NCBI GenBank assembly: GCA_018651725.1
Contig: JABIDK010000014.1
Coordinates: 6,625-70,624 of the forward strand
DNA length: 64,000 nucleotides
Direction: 5' to 3'
From: Candidatus Falkowbacteria bacterium
GTDB taxonomy: Bacteria; Patescibacteriota; Patescibacteriia; JAACEG01
How positions within the stretch are numbered: the stretch's first letter is position 1; the number at the start of each line of letters is the position of its first letter. The position numbers were made by a program, and so were the translations under genes. Of the stretch, positions 47,814 to 59,710 are shown piece by piece. Below the pieces are notes generated by a model, which ran no database searches, was not told the DNA's origin, and saw only the letters and a list, made by a program, of their open reading frames with translations.

Positions 47814-50612
47814 ATGTCAAAGAAAAAGAAAAAATTTATTATTTTAGATGGAAATGCTCTTATCCATCGGAGTTTTCATGCTTTGCCAACTACGCTTGCT
47901 ACAAAAAACGGTTTAATAACCAATGCGGTTTATGGGTTTACCTCTGCTTTATTAAAGGCTATTTTTGAATTTAAGCCTGATTATATTGCTTTGACACTGG
48001 ATAAAAAAGAACCAACTTTCAGGCATAAACAGTATAAAGAATACAAAGCCAAAAGAATAAAAGCTCCGCAAGAACTATACGATCAATTTCCTTTGGTTAA
48101 AAAAATAGCTGAGTCTTTTGAAATTCCTATTTATGAAATGTCAGGTTTTGAAGCCGATGATTTGATAGGAACGATTGCTAGGGAGACAGATGGTAATGTT
48201 GAAAAAATTATCGTTACCGGAGATATGGACACCTTGCAATTAGTTAATGATCATACAAAAGTTTACGCTATGAGCAGGGGTATTTTAGAAAGCGCTTTAT
48301 ATGGAAGTAAACAAGTGAAAGAAAGATATGGTTTAGATGTGGATCAACTTATAGACTATAAAGCTCTTAGGGGGGACCCAAGCGATAACATCCCGGGAGT
48401 GCGAGGTATTGGAGAAAAAACAGCCACTGAGCTTTTGCAAAAATTTGGGACGCTTGATGAAGTGTACAGATATGTTGAAACAAAAAAATACGATGATGAT
48501 ATTATAAGACCGCGGGTTATTGAGCTTTTGAAAAAGTATAAAAAAGATGCTTATCTAAGCAAAGAATTGGGGACGATTATGGTTGATGTGGACATGAAAT
48601 TTAATTTGGAAGAAGCACGGTTTAAAGATTTGAATATTGAAAAAATAACTAAAACTTTCCAAGATTTAGAGTTTAATTCTCTCTTGTCTCGCTTAAATAA
48701 AATAACTAAAACAGTAAATCAAGAAGAAAGCATTGAAGATAAATTTGAAAGAAATCTTAAACTTTTTAACTATAACTTGATTGATACCGAGGAGAAGTTT
48801 AATAAATTTTTGGTTGAACTTAAAAAACAAAAAGAGTTTGCCTTTGACACGGAGACAACCGATTTTGATCCGATTCAAGCTAAACTTTTAGGGATTAGTT
48901 TTAGTTGGGAGAATAAACACGCTTATTATTTACAAGTTAAAAGTCAAGAGTCAAAAGTTAAAAGTCTTTTGGACTATAAAAATGACGATGAAGAAAAAGG
49001 GCTGGATGTTAAATTATTGAAAAAGATAAAGCCGATATTGGAAGATAAAAATATTAAAAAAATTGGACATAATATTAAATATGATATTCAGGTGATGGCT
49101 AATTATGATATTGAAGTGCAAGGAGAAATTTTTGATACTCGCGTGGCTTCTTATATTTTAAATCCGGGCTTGCGCGGACATAGCTTAGATGCTGTTACTT
49201 TGGAACATTTTGATCATGAAAAAATAGACAAAAAAGATCTTTTTCCCGACAAAAAACAACCAAAAGAATTTGCAAAAATTCCGATTGAAAAAATGTATGT
49301 TTATTCTTGCGAGGACGCTGATTTTACATTTAGATTGAAAAAGATATTAGGAGATAAACTTAAAAAGCAAAAACTCGAAGAATTATTTGAAAAAATTGAA
49401 ATGCCTTTGGTGCAAGTTTTGGCAAAAATGGAAAGAAATGGGATTAAAGTTAACAGTGATTTTTTGAAAAATAAATCTCTTGACTTTGGAAAGCGTATTG
49501 AGAGTATAACCGATAAATGCCACAAATTGGCTGGAATTAATTTTAATATTAACTCCACTCAACAACTTAGAGAGGTTTTGTTTGATAAATTACAACTGCC
49601 AACAGAAGGAATAAAAAAAGGAAAAACAGGATTTTCTACAGCCGCCAGTGAACTTAAAAAACTGGAAGGCGTTCATCCGATAATTAAAATAATTCAAGAA
49701 AACAGGGAGTTACAAAAACTAAAAAATACTTATTTGGATGCTATCCCGAAGCTTATTAATCCTGACTCCGGAAGAGTGCATACAAGTTTTAACCAAACCG
49801 CCACAGCTACCGGGCGACTTTCTTCCCAGAATCCAAATTTGCAAAATATTCCGGTTCGTACCAAGGAAGGTAGAGAAATTAGGAGAGCTTTTGTGGCTGA
49901 ACATGGTTTTAAATTACTTGCAATTGATTATTCTCAGGTTGAGCTTAGGCTGACTGCTTCAATTTCAGGAGATAAAAAAATGATTAAAGCTTTTTTAGAT
50001 GGAGCTGATATTCATACGCAGACAGCTGCTGAAATAAATAAAGTTAGCTTGGATAACGTTACCTCTGAAATGCGCAGGCAAGCTAAAGCAATTAATTTTG
50101 GCGTTTTATATGGGCAAGGTCCACACGGTTTATCTGAAGTAGCTAATATTTCATACGCAGAAGCAAGAGAGTTTATTGACGTTTATTTTTCTGCTTTTAA
50201 TGGCGTGAAAAAATTTATAGATCAAATAATAGAAAAAGCAGAAGAAAAAGGATATGTAGAAACATTGTTTGGAAGGCGCAGATATTTGTCTGACATTAAT
50301 TCTAATAATCCACAAATAAAAAAAGCAGCCGAGCGAATGGCGATCAATGCTCCAATTCAAGGGACAGCCGCTGATATGATAAAAATAGCTATGGCAAAAG
50401 TTCAAGACAAAATTGATAAAGGCTATGAGAAAGAAGTAAAAATGCTCTTACAAGTTCACGATGAGTTAATCTTTGAAGTAAAAGAAAATCTTGTTGAAAA
50501 AGTAAGTTTAGAGATTAAGGAAATTATGGAACAAGTAATAAAATTAAAAGTCCCAATTGTGGCGGATGTAAAAGCAGGAGATAATTGGGGAGAGATGGAA
50601 GCGCTTAATTAA
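47814..50612 (+). CDS. polA: DNA polymerase I
   Basis: 5'-3' exo (EADDLIG, GDPSDNIPG), 3'-5' exo (FDTET), polymerase (DYSQVELR, KAINFG, QVHDEL). Confidence 0.98.
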   Translation: MSKKKKKFIILDGNALIHRSFHALPTTLATKNGLITNAVYGFTSALLKAIFEFKPDYIALTLDKKEPTFRHKQYKEYKAKRIKAPQELYDQFPLVKKIAESFEIPIYEMSGFEADDLIGTIARETDGNVEKIIVTGDMDTLQLVNDHTKVYAMSRGILESALYGSKQVKERYGLDVDQLIDYKALRGDPSDNIPGVRGIGEKTATELLQKFGTLDEVYRYVETKKYDDDIIRPRVIELLKKYKKDAYLSKELGTIMVDVDMKFNLEEARFKDLNIEKITKTFQDLEFNSLLSRLNKITKTVNQEESIEDKFERNLKLFNYNLIDTEEKFNKFLVELKKQKEFAFDTETTDFDPIQAKLLGISFSWENKHAYYLQVKSQESKVKSLLDYKNDDEEKGLDVKLLKKIKPILEDKNIKKIGHNIKYDIQVMANYDIEVQGEIFDTRVASYILNPGLRGHSLDAVTLEHFDHEKIDKKDLFPDKKQPKEFAKIPIEKMYVYSCEDADFTFRLKKILGDKLKKQKLEELFEKIEMPLVQVLAKMERNGIKVNSDFLKNKSLDFGKRIESITDKCHKLAGINFNINSTQQLREVLFDKLQLPTEGIKKGKTGFSTAASELKKLEGVHPIIKIIQENRELQKLKNTYLDAIPKLINPDSGRVHTSFNQTATATGRLSSQNPNLQNIPVRTKEGREIRRAFVAEHGFKLLAIDYSQVELRLTASISGDKKMIKAFLDGADIHTQTAAEINKVSLDNVTSEMRRQAKAINFGVLYGQGPHGLSEVANISYAEAREFIDVYFSAFNGVKKFIDQIIEKAEEKGYVETLFGRRRYLSDINSNNPQIKKAAERMAINAPIQGTAADMIKIAMAKVQDKIDKGYEKEVKMLLQVHDELIFEVKENLVEKVSLEIKEIMEQVIKLKVPIVADVKAGDNWGEMEALN

Positions 50613-50616
50613 TTCC

Positions 50617-50707
50617 GGGCACTGCCAAAATTATTTATTTTTTTGTTGCGGAACTCGCTTCGCTCAGACAGTCCTCGCTGCAAAAATAAACAATCTTGAC
50701 AGCGCCC
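50617..50707. repeat. ~90-bp imperfect hairpin with AACTCGCTTCGCTCAGACAG core (REP-like)
   Basis: GGGCACTGCCAAAATTATTTATTTTT...AAAAATAAACAATCTTGACAGCGCCC arms. Confidence 0.65.
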
Positions 50708-50749
50708 TAGTCGGCTATTAAGCCGCTTTTGTTAGTTGTTGTGAAAAAT

Positions 50750-51856
50750 ATGAGTAAATTAAATAACAAAAAAATTATAATCTTGCAGGATTATTTTTTA
50801 TATAAAGGTGGAGGAGAGAGATCTATGATTGAGTTGGCTAAGGCTCTTGGAGCGGATATTGCGACTTCTTTTATTTCTAAAGATGCTTTTAACCCGCGAG
50901 ATCATGGGATTAAAACTATTGAACTTACTACCGAGGGCGGATTTTCTCATATCCCGGGTTGGAGGTTTTTAAAGGTACAGTTTTCTTTTGTTTTTAAAAC
51001 AAGGTTCTTAAAAAAATATGACATTATAATTTACAGTGGGGATTGTATCAGTGCCGTACACAATTGCAAAGATAAGCTTAATGTAGCTTATGTTCATACT
51101 CCTCCAAGACATCTTTTTGATAATTATAAAATTCGTTTAAATGAATATAAAGGATTAAAACGATTAATTTTTCGTCCGTATGTTTGGGTGAGTCGGTGGC
51201 GCTACAAACGAGCTATTCCTAAAATGGATTTGTTGATCGCTAACTCTAAAAATGTTCAAAAAAGAATTAAAAAATATTTGGGCATGGCTTCGGTTGTGAT
51301 TTACCCTCCGGGGGATACTTTAAATTTTAAATGGATAAGTCAGGGAGATTATTATTTTTCTTGGGCGCGACTTTATGATGTTAAAAGAGTAGACAAAATC
51401 GTCGAGGCTTTTACTAAAATGCCTGAGAAAAAATTAGTAGTGGCATCCGGCGGACCTGAACTTGAGAAAATAAAAAAAATTGCAAAAGGGCATGATAACA
51501 TAAAAATATTAAATTGGATTAGCGACGAAAAACTACTGGAGCTCATTGGCAACTGCTTAGCAACAATTTATATTCCTTTAAACGAAGACTTCGGCATGAG
51601 CCCGGTAGAGTCAATGATGGCCGGCAAGCCAGTCGTCGGCGTAAACGAAGGAGGCTTAAAAGAAACTATAATAGATGACAAAACCGGTATATTATTAAAG
51701 TCAGATTTTAATATTCAAGATATTGCCAGAGCAGTACGAGAATTAACTTCAGGAAAAGCTATTGCAATGAGAAATGCTTGCGAAGAACAGGCTAAAAAGT
51801 TTTCCGTAGAAGAATTTATTAATGGAGTGGCAGAGAACATAGAATCGAAAATTTAA
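50750..51856 (+). CDS. Glycosyltransferase family 4
   Basis: GGGER, YVHTPPR, IANS, EDFGMSPVESM. Confidence 0.9.
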   Translation: MSKLNNKKIIILQDYFLYKGGGERSMIELAKALGADIATSFISKDAFNPRDHGIKTIELTTEGGFSHIPGWRFLKVQFSFVFKTRFLKKYDIIIYSGDCISAVHNCKDKLNVAYVHTPPRHLFDNYKIRLNEYKGLKRLIFRPYVWVSRWRYKRAIPKMDLLIANSKNVQKRIKKYLGMASVVIYPPGDTLNFKWISQGDYYFSWARLYDVKRVDKIVEAFTKMPEKKLVVASGGPELEKIKKIAKGHDNIKILNWISDEKLLELIGNCLATIYIPLNEDFGMSPVESMMAGKPVVGVNEGGLKETIIDDKTGILLKSDFNIQDIARAVRELTSGKAIAMRNACEEQAKKFSVEEFINGVAENIESKI

Positions 51857-51952
51857 AATTTTATCAAAAAAAAGAAAGAGTAGGGTTTAGTCAGTATTAT
51901 GCGCGTTATCCGCGCAAGGCTCTGAAACCTACTCTTTTTTGCTTGGGTTAAT

Positions 51953-52483
51953 TCATGCAGCTTGGTCAAGCTGGAGAAGATCGTCGTTATCTATCAGGCC
52001 GTTTATATTTATTATCTGGTTTAACTGCACCCATTCCATTTTTGGGCAGACAGATTTTCCCGAATTAGTATCTAAAAAGAAAAATTCACTGCGTGTTTTT
52101 TGAGTAACGCACCAAAATTTTCCGTTTTGAGAGACAATAGAGATCTCCCAAAAATTACAAAGCCCTCCAGGATTAAGTTCCAAAAGACGCAAATTGTCTT
52201 TCGGATTTTCAACACGGAAGAAGCGGCCTTTTTTTCGGATCTTTATATTTGCTTGATAAATTTTTTCCTTACCATTTGCTAACGGTTTTTGCAATTCAAT
52301 ATTTTTAGCATCATCCACGATAATGCTAAAAATATCATTTACGCGTTCAGCGGTTACGCGTGTTTTGACGGTAATGTCTCCATTTTGTAAAAGCGCTTCT
52401 AATGGGTATGGGCTAGAGTTAATATGGAACTTATAACCCTTTATCGGCAAAAAAATTTCTACTCCGGGAATTTGTGTCATCAC
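51953..52483 (-). CDS. Orphan hypothetical protein
   Basis: 176 aa, SD CAGGAG, TTGACA..TATAAT promoter at ~52552-52579(-). Confidence 0.7.
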   Translation of the reverse strand: MMTQIPGVEIFLPIKGYKFHINSSPYPLEALLQNGDITVKTRVTAERVNDIFSIIVDDAKNIELQKPLANGKEKIYQANIKIRKKGRFFRVENPKDNLRLLELNPGGLCNFWEISIVSQNGKFWCVTQKTRSEFFFLDTNSGKSVCPKMEWVQLNQIININGLIDNDDLLQLDQAA

Positions 52484-52677
52484 GATTTCTCCTGGTTTGA
52501 TTGTTAGTGTTCAGGTTTTTTTCTAATAAACCAATTTTATTAGAATAAATTATTATACACTTTTTAACGAAAATGTCAATAAAAAAAGGGCGGATCATAA
52601 GGTAATCCGCCCCGCAGGAGTAGAGGTTATAGTCCTCGATCCCGCTACACTAAGAAGTATTGGTTTTCTTCCTTGTG

Positions 52678-52872
52678 TTAACTCAGTGTTTGCGCTGTAG
52701 ACGCATTTGAATGTAGCCCGGCTTCTTGCAGGATATCTTGGCACACAAGCTGATGTAAGCCGCGAGTTGAAGAATACTCTTTTCCGTAAAGCAATGCCCT
52801 ACATTGTTTTGGAATTTTCTTACCACATTTAGCGCTTCTTGGTATTTCTTTACATCTTTTAATCTTACTCAT
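52678..52872 (-). CDS. Small Cys-containing orphan protein (64 aa)
   Basis: SD AAGGAGGT; ATGA overlap with the upstream ORF; terminator GGGCGGAT..ATCCGCCC-T7 at ~52581-52612. Confidence 0.6.
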   Translation of the reverse strand: MSKIKRCKEIPRSAKCGKKIPKQCRALLYGKEYSSTRGLHQLVCQDILQEAGLHSNASTAQTLS

Positions 52873-53051
52873 CGCGGACCTCCTTGCAGTCTTTGTATCC
52901 CCACCCATGTTTTTTTAAGTTCGGTGGAATATTTTCTAATCCTGTGTTTATTCCCTTGGTTTTTAGCCATTATTAACAGTTTTTTTAAGCAATTTTCTTG
53001 TAAAGCCAGTTTTCCTAGTTTTTCGCTCCCTGCGTTGCCGGTTTTCTCCAT
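52869..53051 (-). CDS. Small basic orphan protein (60 aa)
   Basis: SD CAGGAGGGGG before ATG 53051; translationally coupled to the next ORF. Confidence 0.6.
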   Translation of the reverse strand: MEKTGNAGSEKLGKLALQENCLKKLLIMAKNQGNKHRIRKYSTELKKTWVGIQRLQGGPR

Positions 53052-53085
53052 TTCCCCCTCCTGTAGATAGAATGAACGTTTAATT

Positions 53086-53117
53086 AAAAAGACCATCGCC
53101 TTGTGCGATGGTCTTTT
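53086..53117 (-). terminator. Terminator/attenuator hairpin
   Basis: AAAAGACCATCGC-ACAAG-GCGATGGTCTTTTT. Confidence 0.8.
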
Positions 53118-53137
53118 ATTTTGAAATTTTTATTTTA

Positions 53138-53218
53138 TCAAGTCAAAATATTAACCACCGCTGTAGTGACCACGAGCATCAGAATGATAATAATAGATTG
53201 TCGAGCAGTTGCATTCAT
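53138..53218 (-). CDS. 26-aa Ile/Val/Leu/Thr-rich peptide (putative attenuation leader or small membrane peptide)
   Basis: MNATARQSIIIILMLVVTTAVVNILT*; promoter TTGACA-N16-TAAACT at 53266-53239(-); terminator 20 nt past the stop. Confidence 0.55.
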   Translation of the reverse strand: MNATARQSIIIILMLVVTTAVVNILT

Positions 53219-53292
53219 ATAGGTAGTTAATTACTATTAGTTTAGATCATTTTTTAAAATTGTCAAATTTAAATTGTGGAAAAGTAGCTCAA

Positions 53293-53895
53293 CTACTCAG
53301 GCTTTCCGTCCATGTTTACATCGTAGAGGATTTGTTCTTGGACTAAACGATAATCAAAAATCTCTTCTTTTTTAAACCATAGCGCGATTTCTTTTTTAGC
53401 TTCGTCCAGTGTGCCGGAGGCGTGGATTAAATTCCTGATCGGTCGATCATCAGTATCGGCAATTTCATAAGAGTCAATTGTAAAGTCTCCTCTTACTGTT
53501 CCGACATCACTTGTTAAAGGTTCAGTTCCGCCGGTGATTTTTCTCACAATACCAACGGCCTGGTTTCCTTCCCAAATCATAGCAATAACCGGTCCGGAGG
53601 TAATATATTTTTTAAGTCTTCTTAGTACATGCCCGCCAAGTTCTTCCGGGTCGCGTGATGGCGGTTCAATTCCTTTGTTGTCATAAGAAACAATAGATTT
53701 TTCGCCTACTTTTCTAACCCATTCCGGATCGATAGTGTAGTGTTTCTCAACACGATCTTCATTCGCTATAACCATTTTTAAGCCCATTAATTTTAACCCG
53801 GTTCTTTCGTAACGAGTTATAATTTCACCGATTAAAGTTCTTTGAATTCCATCCGGTTTAATAATTACCAGAGTTTTTTCTTGTTTTGGATGCAT
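53293..53895 (-). CDS. ndk: Nucleoside-diphosphate kinase
   Basis: TLVIIKPDG, SGPVIAM, GTVRGDF, NLIHASG. Confidence 0.93.
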   Translation of the reverse strand: MHPKQEKTLVIIKPDGIQRTLIGEIITRYERTGLKLMGLKMVIANEDRVEKHYTIDPEWVRKVGEKSIVSYDNKGIEPPSRDPEELGGHVLRRLKKYITSGPVIAMIWEGNQAVGIVRKITGGTEPLTSDVGTVRGDFTIDSYEIADTDDRPIRNLIHASGTLDEAKKEIALWFKKEEIFDYRLVQEQILYDVNMDGKPE

Positions 53896-53903
53896 AGGAG
53901 ATT

Positions 53904-53937
53904 AGTCCGTAAAGTCAAAAGTCAAAAGTCAAAAGTC
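53904..53937. repeat. AAAAGTC heptamer tandem in the ndk leader
   Basis: AGTCCGTAAAGTCAAAAGTCAAAAGTCAAAAGTC. Confidence 0.8.
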
Positions 53938-53969
53938 GTTTGATATTTCGAGTTTAAAAACATTATTTA

Positions 53970-54341
53970 TTAGCGTTTAGATTTTAGATATTTTTCTACT
54001 TTTTCTAAAATTTGAGTTGGAGTTAACATTGCTTTTACCAGATAGTCAATTGCTCCCAGTTCTTTTCCTTTTTCTACATCGTTTTCTTGTTTTAGATTGG
54101 TTAAGAAAAAAACAGGGATTTTTTTAGTTACCGCATCTTTTTTTAGATTTTCCATAACCATAAACCCATCCATTTGCGGTAAAATTATATCAAGTAAAAT
54201 TACATCAGGCTTATTTTTTTTTGCTATTTCGTATCCCAACTTCCCTGTTCCAGCCTTAAAAACTTCATACCCTGCTTCAGAAAATTTCAAGGTATACATA
54301 TCCAGTAGCATTTGATCATCTTCAATTAAAAGTATTTTCAT
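53970..54341 (-). CDS. Single-domain response regulator (receiver)
   Basis: LLIEDD, PDVILLDIILPQMDG, LTNL, DYLVK. Confidence 0.93.
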   Translation of the reverse strand: MKILLIEDDQMLLDMYTLKFSEAGYEVFKAGTGKLGYEIAKKNKPDVILLDIILPQMDGFMVMENLKKDAVTKKIPVFFLTNLKQENDVEKGKELGAIDYLVKAMLTPTQILEKVEKYLKSKR

Positions 54342-54435
54342 AGAAAATATAATGTTAATACGCGAATGAATGCGAATGACGCGAATATGTTTATTAACGT
54401 TATGCTATATTAAAAAAAATTATTTGGCAAGGTGA

Positions 54436-55497
54436 TTAGTTGAAAGATTTTACTATTTTCGCTACTAAATTATTTAAATTATGATTTTCTGTTACTATTT
54501 TTCTTAGATTTTTTTGCAAAATTTCCTTGTCTTCTCGACTTTTGTTTTTGATATTTATAATTTTTTGGGCAAGCATTTCATGGTTATGTTGTTTTGTTAA
54601 AAGTTCTTGTTTTAAAATATTGTTAAAGGCAACGTTGCTTGTTATCGGTATAACTTCAGAGGACATGGCTTCTAGTATTGCTTTGTCAACACTTCCGGTG
54701 TTACTTAAATTTATAAAAATATCTGACACAGTTAATTTTTCAGGAATGAGTTTATTTGGGATACTGCCTATAAATTTGATATAACTTTGCAAGTTCATTT
54801 TTTCAACCATTTCTTTTAAAGACTCAAAATATGTTTCATGATTTTTTAATCCGGGCTCGCCGATTATTTTTAGATTTATATCTTTAATGTTCTTTTTATT
54901 CACCAAAACATTAATTGCTTTAATTAAAGTTTCCAAATTTTTGGTTGGAGAAATTCTTCCAACCGAGATAATAGAAAAAATATCATTTTGAGATTTGTTT
55001 TCGCTTGGTTTAAATTTTTCTATATCTATTCCGTGTCCGGTGATTTTAATTTTTTTGCTTTTTAACCGAAAACTTTCTTTAGAAGGTGTTAAAATTTTGT
55101 CAGCCATTTTTTCCAGAAGTCGCAGTCGCAGAGTAATTTGTTTATGAGCGTACCAACTGACAATTTTTTTATTAAACAGCTTTGCCTGAGGCCAAACAGA
55201 AATAGTATACTCCGGATTCATATGGCAAAAAATCCCGTTAATTTTTCTTATATTTTTAAAAACCAATTTTTGAAAAATAAAAAAATCTTTAATTTTACGT
55301 AAAAAAACATTATTTATTTTTTTACCTCTAACGGAAAAGATTTTAATATTTTTGTGCAGTCCTTCGATATCTCCTTTCTCTAAACAAACCACAGTTAATT
55401 TTTCCACTTGGCTTCCTATTTTATTAACCCAATTAAAAGTAAACCCAGCCAAGCCATCGTCTTTATCAACTTTACGGGTTATCATTAAAAGCTTCAT
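54436..55497 (-). CDS. Glycosyltransferase family 4
   Basis: GHGID, SVGRISPTKN, GSVDKAILEAM. Confidence 0.88.
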   Translation of the reverse strand: MKLLMITRKVDKDDGLAGFTFNWVNKIGSQVEKLTVVCLEKGDIEGLHKNIKIFSVRGKKINNVFLRKIKDFFIFQKLVFKNIRKINGIFCHMNPEYTISVWPQAKLFNKKIVSWYAHKQITLRLRLLEKMADKILTPSKESFRLKSKKIKITGHGIDIEKFKPSENKSQNDIFSIISVGRISPTKNLETLIKAINVLVNKKNIKDINLKIIGEPGLKNHETYFESLKEMVEKMNLQSYIKFIGSIPNKLIPEKLTVSDIFINLSNTGSVDKAILEAMSSEVIPITSNVAFNNILKQELLTKQHNHEMLAQKIINIKNKSREDKEILQKNLRKIVTENHNLNNLVAKIVKSFN

Positions 55498-55644
55498 AAA
55501 ATTTAGTATTTAGTTATATTATATCAATGGTTCAGTAAAATACAAGGTACTTTGTATTGACAAAACGGTAATTTAGTGTATATTTAATAGAAGTTCGCTC
55601 TATACAAAAAGATTAATCCCAAAAATATTTAGGAGGACATTAAG

Positions 55645-56511
55645 ATGAAAACAGGAAATTTGTTAATGGTTTGGTTAACAGTTATTTTTTTGGTTAGTTG
55701 TGTTGAAGTAACTCAGTCTGGTAGTGAATCGAGGGTTTACGATGGGGTAGACTCACGGGTTTTTGAAAAAAATACTATTGTTCGTTCACATGACGGCCAT
55801 CGGAAAATCGAAGGACCAGGCAAAAAATGGATTTGGTATAATTCTTGGCATGTAACACGTCGTCAACCCGGAGTCTTTAAGACATCGGTTGGGCGAGCAC
55901 CTTACACACTTACCAATTCTTTTGCTTATCAAGATTTTACAGAACTTACTTGGGCACATTATTCTTTCTATGTGTACCAGCCAGCTAAGAATGACCCAAT
56001 GAGAGAGTCGTACGACTGTAATCTTCGGGACATTGAAGATGAAATTTGGGACCTTTATCATCAAAGCGCTGACATTATTCGGATCGATAAGCTAGGCGAA
56101 AATTTTTATGTAGTCACTTATAAAAGAAGCGACCATAAAAGATTTCACATCCAAGAAGTAGATGGTTACCCGCCGTTTAATTTGGGCGATAACGTTGGAA
56201 TGGCCGAAAAAAGTATTCTCTTTGATGTTAAAACAAAAAGCCTTGATCCTTACGGACGAAAGGCATTTGAATCTCAAGGAGCTAAAATGCTTCTTCAAGA
56301 TGTTCTGTTGTTAAACCCCAGATTTTTTGATCGACCAACGGAGCTATGGAATGTTTTTATTCCGTATGAATTTTTTGCTAAGAAATTTTTATACGATCAT
56401 TCCGGTGTAAAATACGCCGTGAAACAATCCGGTGATCCAATGGTCGTCAAAATAGGTAAAAATGGTGTCACTCTTCGGTTTTCAAGAAAGCCGGAGTTGG
56501 AAGAGTGGTAA
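55645..56511 (+). CDS. Orphan lipoprotein
   Basis: Signal peptide with lipobox LVSC; SD TAGGAGG; TTGACA at ~55557; terminator ~56528-56567. Confidence 0.75.
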   Translation: MKTGNLLMVWLTVIFLVSCVEVTQSGSESRVYDGVDSRVFEKNTIVRSHDGHRKIEGPGKKWIWYNSWHVTRRQPGVFKTSVGRAPYTLTNSFAYQDFTELTWAHYSFYVYQPAKNDPMRESYDCNLRDIEDEIWDLYHQSADIIRIDKLGENFYVVTYKRSDHKRFHIQEVDGYPPFNLGDNVGMAEKSILFDVKTKSLDPYGRKAFESQGAKMLLQDVLLLNPRFFDRPTELWNVFIPYEFFAKKFLYDHSGVKYAVKQSGDPMVVKIGKNGVTLRFSRKPELEEW

Positions 56512-56593
56512 AAATAAACAAACACAAAAGCGGGAGCTGATAAATTCAGTCTCCCGCTTCTTTTTTTGTTGCGTGTTAGTTGTATGCTACATA

Positions 56594-58618
<2,025 letters not shown>

Positions 58619-58691
58619 CTAAAATAAAAAATACCTAGAAGGTAGTTTTTATATATTCATAATATCACAATATTTCTTAAATAGCAAGAGT

Positions 58692-59573
58692 TTATTTTTT
58701 CTTAGTATAAATATCAAAGTCCCAGGCAAGGTGTTTTATTAAAGGAATTTTAGCGATGAATTTATCGTCTATTTGTTTTAATATTTTTTCAATTTTTTGA
58801 TTTGGGAAATGTTTTTTTTTGGTTATTTTGGTTTTTAGAACAACCCAGTTTGTGTAAATCTTTCTAAGATAATGAACCGGTTTGATTTTAATATCTGTGA
58901 AGTGCGGGGATAGTAATTTGTTTAATTTTCTTTTGGAAAAGCCCCAAGTAACATCGTCTGCTAGAGAAAAATCGTTTTTATTTTTCTTACGCAATAATTT
59001 TCGAAGAATAAAAAAAACAGGACCAAAAAAATAATACTGCCAAGAGGCTGGCTCGCGCAAAATTAAAAATAAGCCATTATTTTTTAAAACTCGGCTTACT
59101 TCTTTCAAAGCTTTTTGTGGATTTGGCAAATGATGCAAAGAAGCAACCATAAAAATAGCTTCAAGAGAGTTATCTTTAAAAGGCAAATCTTCTGCATCCA
59201 AAACAGCGTAAATTCCGTTTTTAATATTATTTTTCTCTGCAATTTGTTTAACTTTTTGAACAGATCCGGGAGCAATGTCAGACTCAATTACCGTATAGCC
59301 TTTGTTCATTAAATAAAAAGCAAATCGCCCATCGCCACCGGCAAGCTCTAAAACAACAGAGTCTTTTGGAAGTTTAGTAATTGGTTCAATCACAGATTGA
59401 AGCTCTTCAGAAAGCGAAAGCATAGCTTGCTCGTTAAAATTATCAGCACGATTAGAGTAAGTTTCTATTTCTTGCTTTTTAATTTTGTTCTCTTTAGTAT
59501 CTTCCGGCAAGCAGTTGTAAGTTCCATCTCGCAAAGAATAATCTTTAGAAAAAATTTTTTCGATTTCAAACAT
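58692..59573 (-). CDS. Class I SAM-dependent methyltransferase
   Basis: VLELAGGDG, DAEDLPF, SLHHLP, RVLK; start trimmed to MFEIEK. Confidence 0.88.
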   Translation of the reverse strand: MFEIEKIFSKDYSLRDGTYNCLPEDTKENKIKKQEIETYSNRADNFNEQAMLSLSEELQSVIEPITKLPKDSVVLELAGGDGRFAFYLMNKGYTVIESDIAPGSVQKVKQIAEKNNIKNGIYAVLDAEDLPFKDNSLEAIFMVASLHHLPNPQKALKEVSRVLKNNGLFLILREPASWQYYFFGPVFFILRKLLRKKNKNDFSLADDVTWGFSKRKLNKLLSPHFTDIKIKPVHYLRKIYTNWVVLKTKITKKKHFPNQKIEKILKQIDDKFIAKIPLIKHLAWDFDIYTKKK

Positions 59574-59710
59574 ATTTTTTTTATATATAAATATATAGTA
59601 GTCAATAATAAAAACACAGTCAATTTTTTGAGCTTTTATTTTTTCAATACTTTGATATACTAATAATAGTTTATTATGCAACAAGTCTATTGAATTATAT
59701 TTTTAAATCT

